Positions 27,761 through 37,451 of a DNA stretch of 53,060 bases are shown here, piece after piece. Position numbers and translations under genes: made by a program. Origin of the DNA: a virus (taxonomy: Duplodnaviria; Caudoviricetes). The notes under the pieces are model-generated. The model ran no database searches and was not told the DNA's origin. It worked only from the letters and a program-made list of their open reading frames with translations. The stretch spans positions 1-53,060 of the IMG/VR virus record IMGVR_UViG_3300048848_000290. One strand, written 5' to 3'. Position 1 is the stretch's first letter. Every line of letters begins with the position of its first letter.

Positions 27761-27985
27761 ATGAAACATTGGAAGCTTAAGCCGGCGGAAAGCATGGGCT
27801 TGGACATAAGTCCTGCATCCATCAGCTTTCCGAAACACGATGATGGCTACATCGTCGAATGTGCGCACTGTGACCAGGTGTTCTTCGACGGCTATAGGCC
27901 TTCTCAAGGCCTAGTTATCGACGTGTTGAAGTGCGACCGGTGCGGCGGCTATAGCCGTTTCAACGACAGCCCGCCTGAAGGTTAA
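27761..27985 (+). CDS. Small zinc-ribbon protein (moron)
   Basis: CAHC...CDRC. Confidence 0.6.
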   Translation: MKHWKLKPAESMGLDISPASISFPKHDDGYIVECAHCDQVFFDGYRPSQGLVIDVLKCDRCGGYSRFNDSPPEG

Positions 27986-28120
27986 CTGCCCGGCCTCGGT
28001 GATTGTTATCTCGGCATCAGGGTACCCTTCTGACCTGAAGGTGATCCTCGGCCGGTCACCGTCGGACACGATGGCTTTGAGGTAATAGGCGCCCTGATGG
28101 ATCACTGCTTCCGTCTTCAT
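27911..28120 (-). CDS. Hypothetical protein
   Basis: AAGGA RBS right after tail gene; 3' end overlaps the zinc-ribbon ORF. Confidence 0.35.
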   Translation of the reverse strand: MKTEAVIHQGAYYLKAIVSDGDRPRITFRSEGYPDAEITITEAGQLTFRRAVVETAIAAAPVALQHVDN

Positions 28121-28132
28121 AGTGACTTTCCT

Positions 28133-28717
28133 TTACGTTCTCGCGGCCACACGGCCCCAGAAGATGTCGACACGGCCGCGCTTGGCCGCATGCTGGAAAA
28201 ACTTGTCGTCAGGCGCCCGCCGCGCCTGGTCCGTCATGGTTCGGTACCGGCCATTCTTGCGGGAATAGTCGAGTTGCCGGCCTTCGCACCGCGCGACGAG
28301 GATATAACCGCGTTCCGGATCGACCTGGTGCTCGACGACGTCGAGGTAGCCGCGCGCGACCACCTCGACCTGTAACAAGGCACCGGTGTCAGGATGGAAG
28401 TGGGCATCCATTACGGTCACCGGCCGGTCGCGGTAGTCCTCGCTCTCGATTTGGGTCAGGACGTCCGGCGTCAGCCCGTCATCCGGGCTCTCGGCAAGCG
28501 TCAGGGTGAAGCCGCCATCCGCACTCGTGCCAGTGCCACCACCAATGTCCGACACCTCGATCAGGCCGAACGGCTTATAGTCGACACCGGAATAGGTGAA
28601 CGGCTCCGGCCGGCTGATGAAACCGTAGATGCCGGAGGCGAACTGAAACCTCAGCATCTGCCGGGTCGATATCCGGCCCTGGTCGTAGAGGTCTTTGACG
28701 TCAGGAGAGAGCGCCAT
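28133..28717 (-). CDS. Minor tail protein (DUF2163/gpL-like)
   Basis: EDYRDRPVTV...RGY.D...DQ.RR.P.D.FF......I.WG; position before NlpC/P60 gene. Confidence 0.75.
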   Translation of the reverse strand: MALSPDVKDLYDQGRISTRQMLRFQFASGIYGFISRPEPFTYSGVDYKPFGLIEVSDIGGGTGTSADGGFTLTLAESPDDGLTPDVLTQIESEDYRDRPVTVMDAHFHPDTGALLQVEVVARGYLDVVEHQVDPERGYILVARCEGRQLDYSRKNGRYRTMTDQARRAPDDKFFQHAAKRGRVDIFWGRVAART

Positions 28718-28959
28718 CAGATTGCTCGACGACGTGTTGCATCGCGAACGACTGAGAGCACGGCCTCACGAAAGGCAGGATCGGCCGGATTGAATACTTT
28801 TGCTGGCCGCTTCAGTTCGTATTGAGCGATCATGCTCTTCCATGTCTCGACCGTGCCGCACAAGGCTCCGCCGACAAACACCAGCGGCTCTCCCTGTTCG
28901 TTGTGGCGGCGGCCAATCTCAATCTCGGGATATTCCATGTCTTTCTCCGACTGGTTCAA
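28717..28959 (-). CDS. Hypothetical protein inserted in tail operon
   Basis: 80 aa ORF filling the gap between two tail genes. Confidence 0.45.
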   Translation of the reverse strand: MNQSEKDMEYPEIEIGRRHNEQGEPLVFVGGALCGTVETWKSMIAQYELKRPAKVFNPADPAFREAVLSVVRDATRRRAI

Positions 28960-28960
28960 C

Positions 28961-29578
28961 TTACTGCCCTTCGATCAGCCGAAAGGCGACAGAGTAGCGC
29001 CCGTTGGACCGAGGAGCGGAGAAGCTCTCCGGTACCGGCCGCATGACGAGCGCGGGTTTCGCGAACCGCACGACCGCGCCGGCCTGTGACACCACATCGA
29101 AAGGCGGCGGGTCGATCGTGATTGTTCTGGTCGTGCCGGCGCCTGTCACCTCAGTTACGCGGCCGATGTGATATCGGGTGAGGCGCTCCAGCCCTATGCG
29201 ATCGCCGACGACCAGCGAAAGGCCGGCATCCACGCCACTGACCGACAGAATGTTTCCATCGGTCACAGACACCAGATTGCCGGCATCATCCGCGGGCGCC
29301 TGATTGCCGCCATGGTTTTTCGGATAGCAGACGTGAGGATGACGGAAGAGGACTCGTTTGAGGCCTTCCCGCAACGACAGCCACCAGGCCTCAACCTCGG
29401 CATATTGGCTATATGTGAGCGGCCGCGTCACGAGGCTCGCCTCCCATGCCGGGTCGGTCACCTGAGTGTAGTTGATCAGGCGTGCGCCGGCGGGAGAGGC
29501 CTTGACCGGGGCGCGCAGGATGAAATCCGCCGTCACATAGCCGACGGCCGGGATCTCGCGAGGAAAGGTAATCGCCAT
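28961..29578 (-). CDS. Distal tail protein-like
   Basis: Immediately after tape measure; EAWWLSLREG...F.HP. Confidence 0.75.
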   Translation of the reverse strand: MAITFPREIPAVGYVTADFILRAPVKASPAGARLINYTQVTDPAWEASLVTRPLTYSQYAEVEAWWLSLREGLKRVLFRHPHVCYPKNHGGNQAPADDAGNLVSVTDGNILSVSGVDAGLSLVVGDRIGLERLTRYHIGRVTEVTGAGTTRTITIDPPPFDVVSQAGAVVRFAKPALVMRPVPESFSAPRSNGRYSVAFRLIEGQ

Positions 29579-31722
29579 TAAAGCACGCGTCTCTTTTGAG
29601 CATCTTTCACGACACGGACGATCTTTTCAGGAAGCTCCGCGTCGCGCTTCGCCGCCCACCGCCTCATCTCGGCGTCGGTCTCGGCGTTGCCACTGGCCTG
29701 TATCGTCGTGCTCGCGTCGATAGAGATGTTGGATGATCCGCCAGCAACCACATTGGATAGGCTAGGCATGGTCGGCGCTGTCGGGACGCGCGGTACGATC
29801 GACCCGTTTTGATCCGGGACGAATAGCTCTGGCCGCTTCTCACCGACGACATATGGTTGCCCCTTCCTCACCGGGCCGCCGCCGGCCCGGAAGATATCAC
29901 CGAGAAAGCTCAGGGGGTTGAAGCCTGCGCCGCCTTGGCCCGGACTATCGAAGATGCTGTCCAGCGCCATACCGAGAAGCCGATCGCCGATCTTCTTCAG
30001 GCTGTCTGCGAAGACGTCCGCGGCTTTCTTCCCCTCAACAAACCCGTCGATGATTCCGCGCGTCAGGTCCTTGTTGAACTCCCGGGCGTCCTCCGCTGCC
30101 TGCCTGACGCGGTCCTGACTTTCGGCCAACTGTTCCGAAGCCACGACGGCGTTGGCGTAGGAGGTGGCCAGTGTGTCGATCTGGGCAGCTAGCTCTGGGG
30201 TGACCTTCTTGCCTGCTTCCTGGGCGGCCTTCAGCAGATCGTGTTTCGCGGCGGCCTTCTCGACGGCAAAGCCGTAATCGTCGATGAGCGGATTGACTTG
30301 CGCCTGGGCAGTAGTTGCAGCCTGGAGCGCTTCGGTCCGTTCCTTGATCTGCGCGATCTCTCGCTGCATGTCGTCGGTCTTCGGTTTCCCGCTGCCCGAC
30401 TTACCGGCAGGTGGCTTGAAGTCCTTGACCGAGACCGGCTCGACGGCCGCTGGACGGCGAGCACCGCCACGCGTGGAAGGCCCGCCCATGTTGCCATTGG
30501 TGCCGCCAGTGACGGGCTCGATAAGGCCGTTACCCAACGGCGCCGGGGCTCCGGCAGCTGCTGCATTGACGGCCGCGAGAGCCTGCTGCACTTCGGCCAG
30601 CCGTTGCAATGCCGGCCGATTATCGATTTCCATAGTGGTGTTCAGGGCAATGCGCTGCTGAAGGAGGGCAATCTCCTTTTCGAGTGCGGCTGCCTCTTGC
30701 TGCGCTGGCGCAGTGTCCAGCTGCACCACATTGCCTTCGCCGTTGATGACGCCAAGCCCTGCCGCGAGATCCTTGAAGACTTGAGCATTGCCAAGGCTGC
30801 TTAGGTAAGAGTCGAGCTCATTTCTGGCGTCTCTGACCTTCTGAATGAGCGCCGACACGTCGAAGCCGTTGATCGCCTTTGCGGCCGTGTTGATGCCTCC
30901 CGCGAAGTTCTTGCTGGCACCAGTCGAATTGTTGAACTCGCGGGCGACATTGACCAAAGCAGTCCACAGGTTGCCGGCCGCCTGCTCGATCGTGAACACG
31001 GAACCGGCCACCTTGTTCTGGAGAATCGGCGCGCCGGCCTCGAATGCACGGAAGAACGCTTCGGACGATATTTTGCCGTCAACCACCAGCCCCTTCAGTC
31101 GCGCGACGGAGCCGCCAGCTTCCTTCAATCCGGCTGCCGCTGCCTGGGCGATGGTTGGAGCCCCCTCCAGGATCGAATTGAATTCCTCTGCCTGGACCTT
31201 GCCGCTGCCCAGCGCCTGGCCGAGTTGCAGCAATGCCCCGCTTGCCGACTGAGCATCTGTGCCGGCAACGCGTAGCGCGAGCGCGACGTTGTTGGTGAAA
31301 CCGAGCAGTTCCTCGGTCGTGACGCCAAGTTCTTTCTGGCTTTGAGCGGCCTTGCCGTAGAGGGTGGCAAGCGTCTCTATAGGAGCTCCGTTGGCGATGG
31401 CGGCCTTATTCAGACGCTGATAAACCTTCTCCAGTTCAGCGCCTGACAGCCCGGCAACCTTTAGAGCGTTGTCGATCCGCGTGGCGGCGTCGGACAGCTG
31501 GCCGATGTTGCGGATAACGTCGTTCGCAATGAAAGCGCCAGCGATCGCCGCGCCTGACTTGATGAATGCGCCGGCAATGGCTGTGCTCGAAGCCAGCGCC
31601 TTCTTCTGGATTGCCCCTAGACGCTGGTTTGTGACGCCCTGCGCCTTCTTCATTGAGTTTTCGTAGCCCTTCAGGTCAGCAGAAAGCTGCACCACGAGGC
31701 GCTCAAGGTCGGTTGCGGCCAT
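29578..31722 (-). CDS. Tail tape measure protein
   Basis: 714 aa Ala-rich; ASGALLQLGQALGSGKVQAEEFNSILE tape-measure domain; RAGGGPV..G..YVVGEKRPELFVP. Confidence 0.93.
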   Translation of the reverse strand: MAATDLERLVVQLSADLKGYENSMKKAQGVTNQRLGAIQKKALASSTAIAGAFIKSGAAIAGAFIANDVIRNIGQLSDAATRIDNALKVAGLSGAELEKVYQRLNKAAIANGAPIETLATLYGKAAQSQKELGVTTEELLGFTNNVALALRVAGTDAQSASGALLQLGQALGSGKVQAEEFNSILEGAPTIAQAAAAGLKEAGGSVARLKGLVVDGKISSEAFFRAFEAGAPILQNKVAGSVFTIEQAAGNLWTALVNVAREFNNSTGASKNFAGGINTAAKAINGFDVSALIQKVRDARNELDSYLSSLGNAQVFKDLAAGLGVINGEGNVVQLDTAPAQQEAAALEKEIALLQQRIALNTTMEIDNRPALQRLAEVQQALAAVNAAAAGAPAPLGNGLIEPVTGGTNGNMGGPSTRGGARRPAAVEPVSVKDFKPPAGKSGSGKPKTDDMQREIAQIKERTEALQAATTAQAQVNPLIDDYGFAVEKAAAKHDLLKAAQEAGKKVTPELAAQIDTLATSYANAVVASEQLAESQDRVRQAAEDAREFNKDLTRGIIDGFVEGKKAADVFADSLKKIGDRLLGMALDSIFDSPGQGGAGFNPLSFLGDIFRAGGGPVRKGQPYVVGEKRPELFVPDQNGSIVPRVPTAPTMPSLSNVVAGGSSNISIDASTTIQASGNAETDAEMRRWAAKRDAELPEKIVRVVKDAQKRRVL

Positions 31723-31747
31723 GTCACTCTTTCGCTACGATGTTTGA

Positions 31748-32056
31748 ATGTTCTGGAAAACGTGTTTTTTCGCTCTGCTCGCTACGCCGGCGTTCGCCGG
31801 TAGCCTCGATATCCAGGTGGACAATTTCACCGTCGATCGAGGAATTCACCACGTCGTGATGAAGGTCACAAACAGCACGAGCCGGACATTGGAGAATACC
31901 TACATCAACTGCGCCATCCTCGACCGCGACAAGCGAGCGATCGGAATAGCCAAAGCCAACATCGAAATCATGTATCCCGGGTCACATAGATACGAGGATG
32001 CGACGTTGGTTAGCTCGCAGCGCGGCCAATACGTCGAGTGCCGCACCGCCAACTAA
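31748..32056 (+). CDS. Secreted/periplasmic beta-sandwich protein (FxLYD-like moron)
   Basis: Signal peptide ending PAFA; VTNSTSRTL....I....LD.D...IG. Confidence 0.65.
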   Translation: MFWKTCFFALLATPAFAGSLDIQVDNFTVDRGIHHVVMKVTNSTSRTLENTYINCAILDRDKRAIGIAKANIEIMYPGSHRYEDATLVSSQRGQYVECRTAN

Positions 32057-32064
32057 AAGCGGCC

Positions 32065-32307
32065 CTATTCCTTGCTCTGCAACCACTTCCAAAGATCGTC
32101 AGCCTCTGCGTTGGACATCTTGTCCTTGGCGCCGTTTGCCTTCGCATATCCATCGAACGCAGCCAGGAACTGCCACATCGACATGTCGTTGACCTGCTGG
32201 GGCGTGAACCCCATTGCGGCGCCAACCCCATAGATTGCCGCGAAACGGATCTTGCCGTTCGGGAGGTCATCTACTCGGCTGCTGGTGTTGGCGCTTCCGG
32301 CTCCCCC
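32065..32307 (-). CDS. Tail assembly chaperone gpT part (-1 frame extension; not in ORF track)
   Basis: Open -1 frame GAGSANTSSRVDDLPNGKIRFAAIYGVGAAMGFTPQQVNDMSMWQFLAAFDGY...KE* begins at slippery GGGGGAG (32301-32307). Confidence 0.7.
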   Translation of the reverse strand, partial: GGAGSANTSSRVDDLPNGKIRFAAIYGVGAAMGFTPQQVNDMSMWQFLAAFDGYAKANGAKDKMSNAEADDLWKWLQSKE

Positions 32308-32627
32308 ACAGGCTCCTCCGGAGCGCCGAGCAGACCCGCGGAAAGAATGGCAACGGCAACCGCGTGGTTTTCCAACGGCGGCCGGCTCTCAACGTAATAC
32401 CGCACCTTCTTCATAGCTTCAGCCGCCGCAAGGCCGCCGCCGATCAAGCCAAGGCGGATCACGTTGGAGATGTCCTCGACGCGCCACTGATGCGAATGGA
32501 GTCGGTGCAGGACCACGTAAGGGCCGGCGTCGGTCTTTTCTTGGAGCTCGGCCAGTTCGCCCCAACCGAGACGGAAGGTGAAGTCACCGTCCGCCCAGGG
32601 GATCGTGATTTGCGCGTCCCGGGCCAT
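32271..32627 (-). CDS. Tail assembly chaperone (GTA-gp10-like, gpG)
   Basis: WADGDFTFRLGWGELAELQEK.DAGP...IRLGLIGGG; lies between tube and TMP. Confidence 0.85.
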   Translation of the reverse strand: MARDAQITIPWADGDFTFRLGWGELAELQEKTDAGPYVVLHRLHSHQWRVEDISNVIRLGLIGGGLAAAEAMKKVRYYVESRPPLENHAVAVAILSAGLLGAPEEPVGEPEAPTPAAE

Positions 32628-33076
32628 TACGGAGCCTCGGGAGTGACGACGCGCGTCATCTTACCGTCGCTCTGCATGCCGACATTGCCGGTCACCCGGC
32701 GGCCGTCCTGGGCGCCGGCTTCGAAGCTCTCGACATGCATCTTGCCCGTCCAGGTGATCGTCTTGGTCGGGAACTCCCATTCGACCTTCACCGGAATGGA
32801 TTCCACGTTCTCGGCGGCATCGAGCCAGGTCTCGACGCTTTCTTCCGAGAGCACGCCCTTGCCATTGACGCTCATGGAAAGCGACACGGCATCTCGGCCA
32901 AGCCAATTCACCGCATCGGGATCGGCGCAGTCCGGGAGGTTCACCTCTTCCAAGCCCTTATTGATGGTGACGGTGCGCTGGCTGAAGCCGCACGGCGCGG
33001 TGTAGACGGTCGGTGTGGCGTCATCTCCGAGCAGGACCCGGACCTTGCCGCCTTTGATGGTTGTCGGTTCTGCCAT
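32627..33076 (-). CDS. Tail tube (major tail) protein
   Basis: YTAPCGF...PDC.DPD...W...S.S.NG.GV...SDG; AAGGAG RBS. Confidence 0.85.
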   Translation of the reverse strand: MAEPTTIKGGKVRVLLGDDATPTVYTAPCGFSQRTVTINKGLEEVNLPDCADPDAVNWLGRDAVSLSMSVNGKGVLSEESVETWLDAAENVESIPVKVEWEFPTKTITWTGKMHVESFEAGAQDGRRVTGNVGMQSDGKMTRVVTPEAP

Positions 33077-33150
33077 GGAAAATCTCCTTTGTGGCAACAG
33101 TGGTTGCCCCGCTCGGCGAGCAGGGTTGGTGAATTCAGGCGTCCAGGTAA

Positions 33151-33615
33151 TCAGCCGCCCGCGGCGACTTTCTTTGCGGCGTCTCTCACGCCTTTGCGCA
33201 CGAGGCGCTTGGCCGACCGCTTGTTCGCGCGCCAGCTGACGTAGAAGACGGGCCTCGCTCTGGTGCCCGGATTTTTGGTGCCGGGGAACTTCCCACCGTT
33301 GGTGTGCGGGGAGGTCCCGAACTCAACCCACCGGGCATAGTAGGCTTTGTCATTGCCGGCATAGATCGTGATCGTCAGTCCGTCGCCCCTGCCGCCTTTG
33401 ATCGCACCCACCGCGAGTGAACCTTTCGGAGCTTTGCCCCAGGTCCATCCGATGCTGTCTCGCAAGGTCCCGTCGGCTTCCGGCACGAGGTTCTTCATCA
33501 TGGCGACGATCTGCTCCGCAGCCCGCTCCATCCCCGCCCGGATTTCACGCTTTGCTACCTCCGGCAGGCGCATCAGTTTCCGGTTGAGGCGATCAAGGTT
33601 GAGGATTTTCGTCAC
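33151..33615 (-). CDS. HK97 gp10-like tail component
   Basis: VP..DG.LRDSIG...AYYARWVEFGT....RP.F. Confidence 0.85.
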   Translation of the reverse strand: MTKILNLDRLNRKLMRLPEVAKREIRAGMERAAEQIVAMMKNLVPEADGTLRDSIGWTWGKAPKGSLAVGAIKGGRGDGLTITIYAGNDKAYYARWVEFGTSPHTNGGKFPGTKNPGTRARPVFYVSWRANKRSAKRLVRKGVRDAAKKVAAGG

Positions 33616-33787
33616 TGACCGGATCTTCCGTCGGAGGCTTGGCGTCGAGAATCTCCGCCTTTCCCGCGGCCACCGCCTTGTCAGCACAATCGCGCTTTAC
33701 GGTGCCGCTCCAGCCGGCCTCGTAGCCGATGGTCGTGCGGGCCGTCGGCTTGTAGTCAAAATCCGCTATGAACCTCACGCGAGCCAT
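33593..33787 (-). CDS. Small virion-region protein
   Basis: RVRFIADFDY.P...Y.AG....V...CA..AVAAGKA; AGGAGG RBS. Confidence 0.7.
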   Translation of the reverse strand: MARVRFIADFDYKPTARTTIGYEAGWSGTVKRDCADKAVAAGKAEILDAKPPTEDPVSDENPQP

Positions 33788-33795
33788 GATGCCTC

Positions 33796-34197
33796 CTACT
33801 CTTCGATGACGGCGGTGACCTGAACCACGCCGTGTGTGGTGATGCCGTCGGGGTCACTGAACACCCGCGCGAGATCGACACGCATCAACACCAGCGCGCC
33901 TTCGGTCAGGTCGCCTTCGGCGTCGTGCAGTGCGTTCTTCACCGCGTCGACCAGCTTCCGACAGGGCCACTTCTTGCCTGCGTCCCGCGTCCAGCAGTCG
34001 ATCTGCAGCGTCTCCTCTCTCCCTCGGATGCAGTCAGCATCGTCGGGGAAGAAATCGGACGTGCCCAAGGTGATGTTGGGGAATTCCAGGTCGTCGTCAT
34101 CGCCATCTACAATCCGGTCGGCGACGATGTCGGTCACCGCCTCGTTCGCAAGCAAGCGGGCCAGGACAAGGTCCTGAAACGAAACCGAGACGCTCAT
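33796..34197 (-). CDS. Tail terminator (DUF3168)
   Basis: L.A...V...V..RI.D...P.ITLG...QID.W...V..ALH...DPDG.T.HGVV. Confidence 0.85.
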   Translation of the reverse strand: MSVSVSFQDLVLARLLANEAVTDIVADRIVDGDDDDLEFPNITLGTSDFFPDDADCIRGREETLQIDCWTRDAGKKWPCRKLVDAVKNALHDAEGDLTEGALVLMRVDLARVFSDPDGITTHGVVQVTAVIEE

Positions 34198-34541
34198 ACG
34201 GCCACCCCGCCTTCGACGGTCAATTCCAAAAACCCGCGGTCATCGGTCGGGACGATCGAACGGATGTTGTAGACGGCATCGGTACGCACATCGCGCATGC
34301 GCCAGTCATTCGTGATCTGCGCTGTCGCGGCGCTCTTACGGATCGTGACCACGATGGGTTGCCTCCCGGCCAAGCGCGCCGCCTGGACGGCTTCACCGCC
34401 GCGAAGGAAGCGGAAGTGAGCCCAAGCCTTCACGGCAGCCTCTGGCGCTCCCCAGCCCGTTGTCGTGCCACCGTGACCATCCGGAGATCGAACCATCGCA
34501 TCGAAAGCGACGCGCTCATTGAAATTGCTCGGGGGGCTCAT
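34194..34541 (-). CDS. Head closure / head-tail joining protein
   Basis: ERV.F......DG.GG....W...WA....RG.E.V.A.RL. Confidence 0.85.
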   Translation of the reverse strand: MSPPSNFNERVAFDAMVRSPDGHGGTTTGWGAPEAAVKAWAHFRFLRGGEAVQAARLAGRQPIVVTIRKSAATAQITNDWRMRDVRTDAVYNIRSIVPTDDRGFLELTVEGGVAV

Positions 34542-34852
34542 GCTATTGCCGGATCCCGAAGACGATAGAGAAGCGCGACAACTGGGTTCTTCGGATCGCC
34601 CGTGCCAAGGCCGGAAAGCATTTCCGGGGCGGCGCTGTCATCGAGGAGGCTTTTGATCGTCAAGATGATCGCCGCTTGGACGCGAGGCGGCACGGTACCC
34701 TCCGTCCAGCCATGGTCAGGCTTCTTCAGGTAGTCGAGGATCGCGTCTTCGGCCTGGGCGATCTTGAGCTGAATGTCCGGGGTCCGCTCGTCACCTTCGA
34801 CGAGGTCAAGGCGGAGAGCGAGGTTGACTTGCTGGAGAGTCACGAGGGCCAT
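34538..34852 (-). CDS. Head-tail connector (gp6-like)
   Basis: LVTL..V...LR.D...I..A...I..YL...VP..V.AAI.L...YR.R.P. Confidence 0.85.
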   Translation of the reverse strand: MALVTLQQVNLALRLDLVEGDERTPDIQLKIAQAEDAILDYLKKPDHGWTEGTVPPRVQAAIILTIKSLLDDSAAPEMLSGLGTGDPKNPVVALLYRLRDPAIA

Positions 34853-34853
34853 A

Positions 34854-35882
34854 TCAGACCACCGTTCCCGGGACGCCGACGCGAACCGGCTGATGCGCTT
34901 TGGCCTCTTTCAACTCGCCATCCTTGCCGTCCCGGCCCTTCTTGGCGCACAGGGTCCAGGTGGTGGAACCTTCTCCCGGTTTTTCATGGGTATCGCTGTC
35001 ACAGTGCCAAAGCGACCCGCCCCATGTGACCGTGTCGCCCTGTTCATAATTTTGCCCATCCTTGTAGACGCCGCGGTAGATCATGACGGGGAAACCGAGC
35101 TCGACCTTGTAGTCGAGCGTCTTGCCGGTGAAGGAGAGCAGCACGGTGCGGCGATCATCCATGACCTTCGCATCGAAGTCCTCAAGATTGAAACCGTCTC
35201 GTCCGGGAGCGCCTGGTTCGCCGTCCTTTCCGACGACGCAGCCCAGATTGCGGGGCTCTCCGTTGGTCATGGTGATGATCAGGTTTCCGTCCCGGTCGAT
35301 GAAGGCTCCGGCCATGCCAACACCGTCTTTCCCGGGGTCGCCATCCTTCGCTTTCGGCAGCGTACCGACACGTTTCTCTACCTCGGCGGAGATCAATGGC
35401 GCGATCTCTTCGACAGTCACACTCTTGCCGTCCTGCGGCGCTGGGATCGCAGCAACTGCTGAAATGACCGCTTCGTCGACGAGACCGGCAATGTCGGGCA
35501 GTTCCACATGCGGTATCTCAGGTATCTCGATGGCCTCCACCGCAGCCTTTACCGCTGCGAGATCTTCCGACAGGTCGGCAGGCGCTGGGAGAGCGGCAAC
35601 TGCCTTGGAGACAGCATCATCCACCATGGATTTGATGTCGTTCGGCACCCGCTTGTCTAGCTCGTCCAGTGCTTTCCGCATGGTCGAAAGATCGGCATCG
35701 AGTTTGACTGAAACCTTCGAAACGATCTGATCAGGATCAGCATCCTTACCATCCCTCGGCGCCGGCAGCCGATCGATGCGCTTCTCGAGATCGGACATCC
35801 GCACCTCATAGGCATCGAAGGACCGCTCAACGTAGGTTTTCACGGCCTCGAAGCCGGCGTCAAACGCCTCTTGAAGGTTCAT
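34854..35882 (-). CDS. Head-region protein with coiled coil, collagen-like GxDG repeats and C-terminal beta module
   Basis: LPAPRDGKD/AIPAPQDGK repeats, GKDGEPGAPGRDG, YRGVYKDG..Y..GD.VT.GGSLWHC. Confidence 0.75.
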   Translation of the reverse strand: MNLQEAFDAGFEAVKTYVERSFDAYEVRMSDLEKRIDRLPAPRDGKDADPDQIVSKVSVKLDADLSTMRKALDELDKRVPNDIKSMVDDAVSKAVAALPAPADLSEDLAAVKAAVEAIEIPEIPHVELPDIAGLVDEAVISAVAAIPAPQDGKSVTVEEIAPLISAEVEKRVGTLPKAKDGDPGKDGVGMAGAFIDRDGNLIITMTNGEPRNLGCVVGKDGEPGAPGRDGFNLEDFDAKVMDDRRTVLLSFTGKTLDYKVELGFPVMIYRGVYKDGQNYEQGDTVTWGGSLWHCDSDTHEKPGEGSTTWTLCAKKGRDGKDGELKEAKAHQPVRVGVPGTVV

Positions 35883-37243
35883 TATGCGGCCTTTCCAAAA
35901 TCGCGGCGCCCCGCGAACAAACCCTTGACGCGCTCGGGGTTGAATTGCTTCTCAGGCTCTGGCTTCGGTGGCTCGGCTGCTGGTGCCGGCGCTGGCGCCG
36001 TCCCGAACGGATCGGCCTGGGCGTCGCGCTTCGCCAGCGCCTCAAGGCTGAAGTTCTGCTGTTGCAGCATCGGGCTGTCCCCGCCTGCCTTTGGCTTCAG
36101 ATCAAGCCGCTTGCGCTGCTCGTTCGGGGCCATGATGCCCTTTGACTTATCGAGGACTTCCATCTGGGTGACGCTGTCCATCCGCAGAAGATTATCGGTG
36201 TCGAACTCTGTCCCGACCGTCTCGCCAGTGCCGAGCCCCTCGTCGAGGCAGAGCTCAATGGACTCGATCAGCACCTGCAGGCACTGGGAATAGTATTCGA
36301 CGTTCAAGCTCTGGACGTTGTTGTTTGTCGGCATCGGGCCGAGGCCGATCTTGTACGGCGGAACGTGGTATGTCGAGCAAACGACCTCGCCCGACCACTT
36401 CAGCTGCTCGATGAGCTGTGAATCAGTCGCCTTCGCCTACATCCCTTCGTATTTCAGGCCGTCGCCGAGAACCGCAACCTTGCCGGCGTTCTTGCCGGAG
36501 AAGTTCGTGTTCCAATGCGCCTTCAGGCGATCCGCTGTCTCGTCAGAGATGGCGCCTGGGGCGGTCAGGATACCGCCTGGCTGGGCACCGTTCTGGAAGA
36601 ACAGGGCGCTGTCGTTCTGGATGGCCAGGCCCTGCACGGCAGCGAGGCCGCCGGCGAAGATCGGCGACAGGCCGACCAGCGGATGGAAGAAGCAGTTGAA
36701 CCGATCGTGGATGATCTCGCGCGCCGGCACGATGACGCTCTGCTCGATCGACGCGAGCGGGTCCTTGCTCAGCTGATAGAAGACACTGCCATCGTCCGAC
36801 ACGAGCGGCGTGACGAGCGTCGGATCAAGCACATATAGCTTCTTCACCACGCCGCGGCCGTCGCGCTGCTTCAGGATATAAGCGTTACCGCGCTGGAGCT
36901 TCGAGAGCACCCAGCTTTCCATGAACTGGATCCGGTTCTGGAAATCATTCGGCTTGCGCAGAACGGGCGAATACGCCGGGTTGGTGGTCTCGCTCCAGAT
37001 ACCATCGCTGTCCTTCTGCACGAGCTTTATGCGCAGCTTGGCGATGTCGGAGGCAATCAGAGTGCGGCACGCGAAGTCGGCATGGTTGGACAGAACGGAA
37101 TCAAACTTGACCTCGACGTTCTGCTGCCATGCGCCGGGGAAGGATTCGAGAATGCGGTACCAACCGCCACGCCCTTGATTGACGGACGACATGGCTTTCT
37201 CTGTCGCGCGGCGGTGCGTGATCTCCATGCCGAACAATCGCAT
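35882..37243 (-). pseudogene. HK97-family portal protein interrupted by one in-frame TAG (36437-36439)
   Basis: ORFs 36437-37249 and 35882-36334 are in the same frame; read-through gives LGDGLKYEGM*AKATDSQLIEQLKWSGEVVCSTYHVPPYKIG, continuous portal motifs. Confidence 0.9.
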
Positions 37244-37451
37244 CAGCAAATCCTATTCGTGTTTATGTTCGGGTGTTGTGGTGATGGCCTGGCAGGCGCT
37301 GCGGGTAATCTGGACTTCGCCTCGTGCTTAATGAGGATCATTGGCTATCTGCCTGAAAGGAGACTCTGCTATGGTTGCGGTACCGACCGGCGATGGCACG
37401 CCAGCCGGTATCTAACATCACCCCGCGATACGAGCACGAGGAGACGATTGC

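Noticed and set aside
20726-36439. Element-wide TAG reassignment (alternative genetic code)
   Set aside because: Several genes end cleanly at TAG with the next gene starting right after (20726, 22853, 33796), and no suppressor tRNA is visible
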